Assembly: GCA_002633005.1 (NCBI GenBank)
Contig: NMRA01000068.1
Span: 284,453 to 348,452, forward strand
Direction of reading: 5' to 3'
Length of the DNA stretch: 64,000 nucleotides
Source: Phoronis australis
Taxonomy: Eukaryota > Animalia > Phoronida
Every line of letters begins with the position of its first letter. The stretch's first letter is position 1. A program made the position numbers and the translations under genes. Below are positions 13,607-24,700 of the stretch, piece after piece. The notes beneath the pieces are model-generated. The model made no database searches. It was given only the letters and a program-made list of their open reading frames with translations, and had not been told where the DNA came from.

Positions 13607-14254
13607 AACAAAGTGGAACATTGAAATGCGCCCATGACAGCACCGCCAATGGTGTGCTTCTGTGGGTGTTTTTAATCATAAAAATTCCATTAGATGGTGC
13701 AGAATGGGTCAAACCGTCCGAGTTCAGAAAGTGGCACCGACTCTGTAATACACAACTATTTGCCACATTTCATGAAGATAAGCCAAGGAACTACTAAGAG
13801 TGAGACAAGAAAAACAATTGACACCAGGGGGCACAGCTATAGTCAGATTGATCTAAAACTATATTGTCATCTGTTGCCATCTCTGTGGGAGCCCTCCAGC
13901 TAAATTTCGCAAAGAACCGTCAGCCGGGGTCTTGGTATCAGTATCAATCTTCATTATAACCCTTTGATTCGTTTGGCAGACGGAGAGGCAGAAGTAAAAA
14001 AGATATACAAAAAAAATTAAATGGCCATGAAGTGGCGCAGAAAACATCAAATCTGTCTGAAAATGGGAAGGCATTGTCGTCTCCTTAAAAGAAACCTATA
14101 TGTCGAAGTTCATGAAAACACATCAATATACTCAGCTGAATAGGAACACACTTTCAGTAAGATCCTGCAAGGGTCTTAGAAGATACAGTAGCGGATGCCT
14201 AGACAGAGATGACGACAATATGTACCCACTCATAAATATGTGAGTGCATCAAAA
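13607..14254 (+). mobile_element. HINE/Helentron-like non-autonomous element, family A (degraded copy)
   Basis: Head ttgaaatgcgccca and tail cagagatgacgacaatatgtacccactcataaatatgtgagtgcat match the copy at 61405-62493. Confidence 0.7.
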
Positions 14255-15615
14255 TGCTCCAAAGTTCATCATGTCTTTGTTGATGCCACTTGGGCAATAT
14301 CAATCAACTCTCCAAACAAAGAAGTACTAGTTTTTTCCTGTTTACTTTTGTTGGAAATTCCGACCAATAAAATTTCACAGTTTTACCACTATATTGTATA
14401 ATAAATTAAAGACAACTTCCTAGACGTCATTCATGGACAGTTACAGTTCAGCAATGCTTTGAAACCACAAACTGTTACCCAATACAATGAACTATTGTTC
14501 CCTGATACAATAAACCACAATCTGTTCCCCAAAACATTAAATCAGCAGCAAATATTTCATGGAATAGCACATACATTAATTAAGAAGTTCTCACAGTACC
14601 ATGTACCTGTTTATTCAATGTAACACTCTTATTGATCACTTCATGACACATCACACAGCATAGTGCCTCTTCATCCTCCATGTCACTCTACATACTTTGT
14701 CCTCTTACTGGACACACTTGTTATAGTTAATGCTGACATTTCCTCAAAATACAGTCTGCTGATAACTATGGCAAACAAACAAAGAGTGATAAAGCATCGT
14801 ATCTGTGCCACTTATCTTTTATAAAAAATATAATTGCACTTTCCTGCCATATTGTGTCCTAAATTGGTGATATTTTACCATAACTAGAGCTTGCATTAAA
14901 CTGCAACAAGTGTTTGCAAGTGACATAGCTCTCAACATTATTTTTAAAACCTATTGACTGTTCTATTTAAACCTGTCTTCTGTCTAGCAGCCTATTTTCA
15001 TCGGCACAACATTTTGGTAGGTCACTTCTTCTGCTACCTTCAGCTGTTACAACATCCTTAAAAGAACAAGCATGAAACATCTTGCCAATATGACAAATAA
15101 ATTTTAGAAATGATGTTACTACGTCAAAACTTCAGAGTGGTTTTAGAAAGTCATTTTAATGAACTTACCTCGCTGTGACACCTCACAAATTATTGTTCAG
15201 AATAATTCGCACAACTCATGAAATACATGTTCTTCGTTCAATAACAATGTAAAATAATCAGTCTTTAGCCATAGTAGTATTAAGAATTTTAAAATAATTG
15301 CCCGGTAATCCACAATGACGAAAAAAATGATGTAGATGCTTATAGACAGTATTGTGTTTTGCAATGATTGTCTTTGTTAACGCGGTTATTTTAACAGTCT
15401 CAATATGCATGTTAAGTGTCAACAATGCCCTCCAATATGGGATTGCACAATGTGTATGAGTCTCCTGGAACATGAATTTCCACTAAACAAACTAAAAATG
15501 TCAACCACATTAATCTGTCATTGACACCCATTTTCAACTGAACTGTCTCATTTAACAATGGCGAGTTCACTGTTAATGTGCAGCCTATGCCTTACCTCAA
15601 TACATTCAGTTTGGG

Positions 15616-15722
15616 TTAATCCCTTTCTAACTTAATATGTGCAATACATTCAGATAATTGTAAGGCCAGCTCCCTATTATTAGCAGCAATTATGCGCCTG
15701 TTCAGAGGGTCAAGAGGTCCAC
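15616..15722 (-). CDS. IMPA1: IMPA last exon ([19 protein letters not shown]...KLERD*)
   Basis: ttttcag acceptor, TAA stop. Confidence 0.94.
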
Positions 15723-18700
15723 CTGAAAAAAGAAAAAGAAACTGTCACTCCTCTTATAATGGGGATTGTCACTTTTTTGAAGCCCACTTTAATCAATTAG
15801 GCATATTTCACTTGTCAGTACTATCAAAGGTTATTTTGAACCTTTTCAGTCAATTTCTATAAAAATAAAATTTAATAATTTATAGCGGCTCTTCAAATTG
15901 GAAGTGGTAATACAGTGACCAAGTTCTGAAGGCATTCACAAATTCATGGAAGTGGTGCTACAGTGACCAAGTTCTGAAAGCATCCACAAATTCATGGAAG
16001 TGTTGATACAGTGACCAAGTTCTGAAGGCATCCACTAATTCATGGAAGTGGTGATACAGTGACCAAGTTCTGAAAGCATCCACAAATTCATGGAAGAGGT
16101 GATACAGTGACCAAGTTCTGAAGGTATCCACTAATTCATGGAAGTGGTGATACAGTGACCACGTTCTGAAAGCGTTAACAAATTCATGGAAGTGTTGATA
16201 CAGTGACCAAGTTCTGAAGGCATCCACTAATTCATGGAAGTGGTGATACAGTGACCAATTTCTGAAGGCATCCACAAATTCATGGAAGTGGTGATACAGC
16301 GACCAAGTTCTGAGAGTATCCACTACTTCATGGAAGCTGCATCACCTTGCTATTCAGTTCAGAAAACTGTGAGCTACAACCACGATGCCCACAGATTTTT
16401 CTTCATCACATTCCATGAGAGAAAACACAATAAAATGATCAAAATTTGATTTCAATTAGGAGGCCTTCTAAAGATTATTGACCGCTAATAAGAAGGTCCC
16501 CTGTACAAAATAAATAAATGGAAATGCAAAAATCAGTAGGAATGCTTAAGAAAACAAAGTGAATTAGTGCTGAAAACGACCGACACGCCAGGAACTAAGA
16601 AGTAGACTGGCACAGCTCAGGAGATACTATGAAGCAATTGGAAATATGACAAACTGGATCGTAGTTGCTAATAATAAAATTGGTTTAGAACCTGGAGAAT
16701 GCTTGCAAAGAATGTGTTTTTATTATAGTTAGAGCAGAGACTGGTATTTCGTTGTTGTTTATAAGTCGAGGAATCTCAAATCTAATACAGGCCCTTGATG
16801 ACAATTTGTTGGACGGAGCAATTAAAATTTTGGGTTGTATTGTCGGAATAGCAGCTGAGTATTGATTCAGGTATGTAGAAGTTTTAATGTGTCTGGTTGG
16901 TTTATATTGGATGGGTTTACTAAAGAAGTTGTTAGTGTAAAAATACTTAGGAAGCTGATTGTTGAGGAATTTGTAGTAAAATTTTGCAGTTGAGATTTTA
17001 AGATGTCTTGAAGTAGAGGGAGGCGAAGTTCCTTACATATGGGCAGAGAGTGAGCATTATAACTGGAATTTGATATATTCCTGAGGATTCTCTTGTGGGC
17101 TGTCTGCAGTTTCTTAGTGTTGCCAAAACCCCAAGTTGCAATGCCATAGTTTAAATGTGGGAGGACAAGTGAATTATACATTAACTTGAGAGCTGGAAGA
17201 GGAAGATAAGATTTCAATTTATATAAGAGTCCACCGAGATTGTTAAGTTTGTTTGAGATGAGGTTAATGTGGGGGGACCATGAGAGGTTTTTGTCAACAG
17301 TAATACCAAGGAAAGGAAAACTGTTCACATGACACATTATTTTGCTTTTTATATAAATGGTGGGAATATTACATTTTTCAATTTTCTTTTGAGGGTAGTG
17401 GAAGATCATTAATTTACTTTTTGTTGTGTTAATTGAAAGTTTGTTCATGGAAAACCAGTCCGAAATAGATTTAAGGTTGTTGTTGATGGTGGTTGATTGC
17501 TGTAAAGTGTTGGGAAGATTCAGTCAGTTTGTAAGGTGTGACGAGGCAAGTGTCGTCAGCATAAAGAAGTGTGTCCATGAGAGAAGAAAACGAAAGATCA
17601 TTTATGTAATCTAGGAAGAGAGGTGGGCCAAGGACAGAGCCTTGGGGAACTTCAGTAGATATTGGTAACCAACTGGGAGTTGTATCACTTAATGAAACAT
17701 ATTGGGTGCGGTTTGAGAGATAACTTTTAAACAGTGTATATTCTACTCCAGTAATACCATAGTGATTTATCTTTTGCAAGAGTATTTGGTGGTCTATTGA
17801 GTCGAAAGCTTTAGAGAAATCTAGAAAGATGACCAGGAGATTCATGTCATTATCAAGATGGGAACAAATGCAGTCTAAAAGTTCAAACGAAGCAAGTTCT
17901 GTAGAGTGACATTTCCTGAAACCATATTGATGTTTATTAAGAATATCATTTCATTTTCATCTAGTAGGAATGTTGAAAACCTGCCAAGGAACTCTGAAGA
18001 TACTGAGGCAAACATAAAAAATAAATTGTCACTAGAAAGCACAGTTGTAGTTAGATTCATCCAAAAAATCGTCATCCATTGTCACCTTCATAGGAATACT
18101 CTTGCCAAATTTCACAAAGATCCTGATTTAAGGTGATGCAGCTGCATATTGCAGAAAATGTCACTTTCATCTGTTGTCAAATTCATACTGGAAAACGCAT
18201 GCTAAATTTCATGAAGATCTTGCAATCCATCCAAAACAAAAATCTACATCAGCTGTGGTCTTCTCAGCAAGAACACTCTCTGCCAATTTTCACAGTAATC
18301 CATTGAGCAATTTGGCGGATATAGATGATGACACTTAAAACGCATCAAAAAATTTCACGAGCATCCAACATGGATGTCAGACCGTTGAAGGTGATCCCAA
18401 TACACCCCAGAGATGTACGTGTGGCCAGATAAAATTGGTAATATTTTAACACTTAAGAACATTAACAAGGACAACAGAACAAAGGTCAGTTGTCTCTACA
18501 ACAAAACCCACCTTCAGTGTCTAGACACACTCCCCCTGCTTCAGTAAGGATTAGAATGGCAGCAGCGATATCCCACACATGGACACCAAACTCAAAGTAG
18601 ACCTCCAGGCTTCCATTGGCCACATGGCAGATGTTAACAGCAGCTGAACCAGAGCTGCGTATACTAGGAAATGAAAAGATCAAGTTTATGTCACACGTTC

Positions 18701-21700
18701 TTAAAGGACCTCTTTTGGTCAAATTCTCACTTTCACCAGTAGCAACTAACCAGTTACGACCTTTCTCCCAGATTTATCTATGATTGAAAACAAGCTTAGT
18801 GGAAGTGAAAACTTGCACCAAAATTGTGCAAAGCAACAGTAACTAAACCTTTGTACCAGCTTCCCACTTTGAATAAAAAAGGAAGTCTTCTTTTAGAAAT
18901 ATAATATGTAAGCTTTTTAAATTATGATGAATAAGATCTGTGTTTACAAAGCTTATTTCACCACTTATGTATGCCAAATGGTCTCTGTGTTCACGTTGTC
19001 TCTCCTGATGAGACGCCTAGCCAAAAGGATGGTGCAACGCTTTGATCCAATTTTTAAACAGTAGACTACATGAGCAAACATTTTGTTTTGTGACTTTGAA
19101 CAGAAACAGACTGACAACCAGGATAACAAGGGAGTCACTTGGGTGGCACATTGCACCCACAGAATTTACCCTAGAAGTGACAGCTATCCAATGCCTACTT
19201 CTCGAGTTTATTGGTTTTGCCTTTTGACATTCGATTAAAAACCACGCTACGAGTGGCCTAGTCCATTTCAAAAAAATCCTGCTATGGCTGAAAGTAAAAC
19301 AATATGTCTAACTCTAAGTCAAGAGACAGAAATCCATAACCTGCTTGAACAGACAGAAGGCAAACCGCCTCGTGATACGCAAAAGACAAAAAGCAACTTT
19401 TGGTTATACGTAATCAGATTTTTGACTTGATGGTACAGTCAAGAGCTAAAAGCTAATAAACTCCTCAAGAAACAGGCATTTGAAGTCCAATTTACAGCAT
19501 TCATCCCATTGAGTGCACAACTGTTGAATTCAAATAATTGTCTGTTTGCAGAAATGTGTTCACATATCCAAAACATAATAATCCCTCGACAGAAGGCGGT
19601 GATGGATGCTTTAATAAACAAATTTACATAAATATAAATACAAATATATATATGTTCACGAAAACAACAACGGTTTTCAAACTTGACATGTTTCGGTGTC
19701 AAAATTATACAAAACAAACATTTTGTCACTCGGCCGCTACTCAGCATGTGATTGATTTGGCAATGCACGTATTGTTTGTAATGAGAACAACACCCATTGT
19801 TTACTCCCTATTCATTCTTGAATCAAAAGCATGTCATTCATAATAAAATATCACATCAGCCAGACTACAGGTCTGGTCATGATTGCGCAATCCTCTCCCT
19901 AATCTCTCTTTTCACTCTCAGTCATATTGACTTCAAATATTTGATGTCTGCTATGATTCTGTCTGTCAGCATTGACAATGGTTCAAGTTCTAACCTAAAC
20001 ATTGGTTTTACATATTTATGTAAATGTGTTCATTAAATCATTCACCATCACCTTCCTGTTAACCATTTGGCCTAAAATGTTGGTTGAACATAGTTGCTTG
20101 AATTTCATTACTCTGTACGTGTAAGCGTAGAGTACTGTTGTTCCTGGGTTTTCTTCAATTTTATTCTTATTCTTCTTATTCTTATTCTTCTTCCGACCAA
20201 CTTTGAGGCATAATAACTCCAAATTGGGTGCAGGTACGGTCTTTAAATTCAGCATATGACTTTTGATAGTATACAAATTTTGATTAGTTATATAATCATA
20301 TTCCATATTGCACCGGAAGAGGTTGTTTTGTGCAAAGGTCATATAATTTTCAAAATGCTACTCCTCCTTCAGTTTTAAAGCTATCTTTTTCAAATTCGGT
20401 GCACAGGTATATGTCAACATGACAATTTAAAAAATTACTTTTCTAAGTAATCGGGTCATCCAATCAGGTTAAACAGGTCAAAGGTTATTAGGTGAGAACT
20501 AAAATTTTGAGCTAGACACTTCAAATTGACAGGTCTGATAGCCACAGGTAAATCAAATCGGAATCCAAAGTTTCAGGTCATTTAGTGCAAACATGGGGTC
20601 ATTAGGTGCATTTTTCTTCTGAAAATTTGACCTTTTCAATCAGCAAGTATTGATGTGTCAAGCGTTAGACAACTGTGATTCTCAGCGTTAAACACATTTT
20701 CCATGGGCTATGCAATAATTCTCCTTAAGATGCTTAAAATGCACCGGATAAGGTCAATTAGTGCAAAGGTCGTGTAACGTTCAAAATGTTATATCTCTTA
20801 CGTTTTTCAAGGAATTCTTTTCAAATTCAGTACACTGGTGTAAGTCAACATGCCAAGTGAATACCCTACTTTACTTCGCAATAGGCCTAACCAATCAGAA
20901 AAAATAGGTCAAAGGTCATTGAGTGCAAACTAAAATTTTGAGCTAGAGACTTCAGAATTAAGTATCTGTTTACTAAGTGCATTTGAGTTTGAATTCTAAA
21001 TTTTCAGGTCATTTGGTGCACCCATGGGGTCATTAGGTGCATTTTTCTTCTTAAAGTTTGACCACTTCATTCATCTTGTATTCTGAAGTGCTTAAAGTAA
21101 AACATCTGTGATTATTAGCATTAACCACACTTTTAATTGAGTTAACAATTACTCCCTCATCGGGGCTCATAATGCACCGGAGGAGGTCAATTAGTGGAAA
21201 GGTCATCAAAAAATTAATATGTAATTTCTCCTACAATTTTAAAGAATTCCTTTTCATATTGGTAAACGGGTTGCTGTCAGTAACTTCCCATAATAATTCC
21301 AGTAATACGCACGCGCAGAGTCCATTATTGTCACACCGTAACAATAATCTTTCTAGTTCTCTTCTTTTCTACCTCATATTGGACTTTAAAAAGGTTGTTG
21401 GCATCGTGACAAAGCAAGAATAAGCTACAATGCTATATGAACTACAGAATGGTACACTCATGATAGTCACTGATGACCACTTTTCTTACCTTTTCTTGGT
21501 GCAAGCTCGAATTGAGCTAGGGACTTTTATATTGTCAGTCCAGTACTGTAACCACTTCACACCGAGTGTAATGGACTGACAACCGCTCAATACCAGCTGG
21601 CGCCAAAAAAGTGCTCATCATTGACCACCATGAATGTAACATACGCTTATGCTCATTTTTCTAAGAACACCTGAAGATAGGCAGAGAACTGACAGACAGA

Positions 21701-24700
21701 AACATTGTGAAGATACAAAACAGAAGATACAATGAAAACTTTCGCGACATTTCATAATGCGTGGGTATGCCCTTGAAATAATTACCTGTTTTGGCATTTG
21801 ATGGAGGAAGAATTTTGGACATTGTTGATTTATTTGAATGCTTATATCATGCCACAAGGATACAAGACAGTCATTGGAACAGCTCGAATGTTTGCAAGTG
21901 TGTACTAGCCCACAGCATTCATGATTAACACAGTGTTCTTCCAACAGAGGGTGCCAGTGTACTTCCACTGCTGTAATGCTATAAAGAAGTACATCACAGA
22001 CACACTCAATGGATAGTTTCCGTAAATGTTATGCGCCACCATATTCTCATGTAGCAGGTATGAATTCTGACTTTTGTTTATACAGAAAGGTTGTAGTAGG
22101 AACCTGTGATCTAAATCTGAAACTGGTATTTCTCAAATACCCACCCATGCAGTTTACCCCCAAGGCATTCTAAGTTGGAGCGTATAAATGACCTCATCTC
22201 ATCATCCTGGTGTATACCCATCTCTGTAGCTAGCAGAGCTTTGGACAAGTCTGCAAAATATTGAATATATCATTTTCACAAAGCAGCGCTCAGCACCAAC
22301 CAGTAACACCATCTAGAGTTCAGTCACAAAAACAACCAATTTCCATTCCATTTACACCCACATAGGTTTCAGAACATGGCTTCAGTTTAGATACAAACAC
22401 ATTGTGTCTCGCTTTTCAATCTAGTCGTTCCGTTTTTTCGTTCTTGAATGTTGACTGTGACAACTATGGAAAAGGTGTTCAAAATAACATCGTCTCTTGT
22501 AATTATTTTCCAGAGTCCACTTTCTTTAGTAATAGTACAGTCAAAACTGTGCTCCAACTGTCTTTTGTTTAAGGTAACATATACTACATGCATCAGGATC
22601 ACTAACTTTTACCTTCTGAAGAAAAAAGTTTACGTCTCAGCTTTTATGGAAAGTCCTGCACTATAACCAATGTGATGAGCTATCCACAGTACATTTCAAA
22701 GCTACCTGACAGATGTTTGCCCATTTTTATCAACCAGAATTTCAATAGATTTTTCGAGTAGTTTATCGCATTTTTTGTAGGTGTCACTGCATTCTGAATT
22801 TTAACCGAAGAATGTAATTCTATCAAACACCACCAAAAGTCCAATTAATTATAAAATATAAAGATATACTTTGGAAGAATGTCTGACTAAATTATCCACA
22901 GCAAGTCTGAGGGATCCATTTTCTAAAACTTATTTCTTTATAGGGTAGAAATCTTTTGAATCACTGAAATGATATCCCAAATAGCTTGACTAGTCATTTA
23001 TTTCAACTCTCATTTCCTTTTTAATATTACAATTACACCCTGTTATTTTTCACATTTAAGTGACACTCTTGGTTGTTAGAATTAAAAAATATTTTCAAAC
23101 CAGAGTGATATGCGAAATGACAACTTAAGAAATAAATTATTTTTGCTTCTGGTATACTTATCAAGAACTGACAAAGGGTTTTCTAATGATGTGGCTCTTA
23201 TGCAATCTTATGCAATTCGGTTGAAAAACGGCAGAGTTGTTTAAAGTTTTAATGACAGTAAATTCCACAGAAAATACACACACCGGAATAAATGAACAAT
23301 GCAAATAACTCTCACGCATGCACGGCGCAACCTCAGCGACCACAAGATCTGAGTTGAAATTCTAGGTCTTGAGTTCTATGGTATTAAGACTGTTACGCAC
23401 TGCTGGTACACCACATTACATAGCGGCAATTCCTGACAGGGGTCTTACACAGCGCTTTGAGCATTATGTGCTGATGCTCTGGACCACTGAGCTACCAGTG
23501 CCACCACTCTATGACAGAACTCTCACAAGACAGTGCCTACCAGTGCCACCACTCTATGACAGAACTCTCACAAGACAGTGCATACCAGTGCCACCACTCT
23601 ATGACAGAACTCTCACACGACAGTGCCTACCAGTGCCACCACTCTATGACAGAACTCTCACAAGACAGTATGAGCAGTAACCAACAGGTATGTAACAGGC
23701 TTACTTTAACTCTATTCACATCACAACAAACCTGTTTCTTTAGACACTTGCAATCTGACATCATTACAGTAAGCTCCTTGGCCCATCCTAGCATGATACA
23801 TTAGGTCTAGCAAGACATTCTGTACTACACCCACCACTGGTGTCTTATTTACAAATAATCCTATTGATATTGCAGCAAATGGATATCTAAGTGAAAGAGA
23901 AATAAAAATATTGTCATTAAGTTAAGTCACTTAAATATCCCAATTTAAAATCAGTGTGAACACATATACACAAAAATGGCCACTAGATGGTGTAAAATAT
24001 GTCGAATGCATCCAAAATTATGAACATGACATCATTTCTTTAATAGAAAGATATTTACAAAATTCATAAAAATCTGTCCAGGAACTTCAGAGAAATAGGA
24101 AAACAGAAAAACAAAATTGCCACAGGGGGCACAGTGTTAGTCGGATCTGTCTGAAAGTTGTCGTAATCCATTGTCAACTTCACATAAATACACTTACTAA
24201 ACTTAATAAAGATCCTGCACTGGGTTTAGGAGATATAGCTACCTGCGCAAAAACAATGCCACTAGGAGGTGCCACAGTATTTGCAGTCATCAGAAAATCA
24301 TCGGCACCCATGCTCTTCAAACTAACAACATATGTGCCTATTTTCACAATCATACTTAAAGTGGTTTGATTGATAGAGAGGCAGACACCAAAAACACACT
24401 AGGAAACAGTAAAAATAGTCACTAAATGGCGCAAAATACGTCAAATCCATCCAAAAACAGAAGCATGTCATCATTTCTTTAATAGAAAGCCATCAATGAA
24501 GAAACAGAGGAAATGGAAAAAATGAAATTGCCACTAGGGGGCAACGTTTTCTTTGGATACATTTGAAAGTTATCGTTGTCCGTTGTCAACTTCATACAAA
24601 TACACTTGCTAAATTTAATATAGATCTTGCAGTGGGTTTCAGAGACACAGCTAAGGACGCAAAAGAACAAAACTGCCACTAGGATGTGCCACAGTAATCA

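Noticed and set aside
15958-16323. 121-aa repeat ORF as a protein gene
   Set aside because: It is the translation of the 48-bp minisatellite, has no true ATG start and lies within an intron.
21618-21968. Cys/His-rich 116-aa ORF and the coding-like opposite strand
   Set aside because: No recognisable domain spacing or splice context, and the plus frame is broken by stops.
23369-23804. Two repeat-containing plus-strand ORFs
   Set aside because: By-products of the 45-bp minisatellite, antisense to IMPA.
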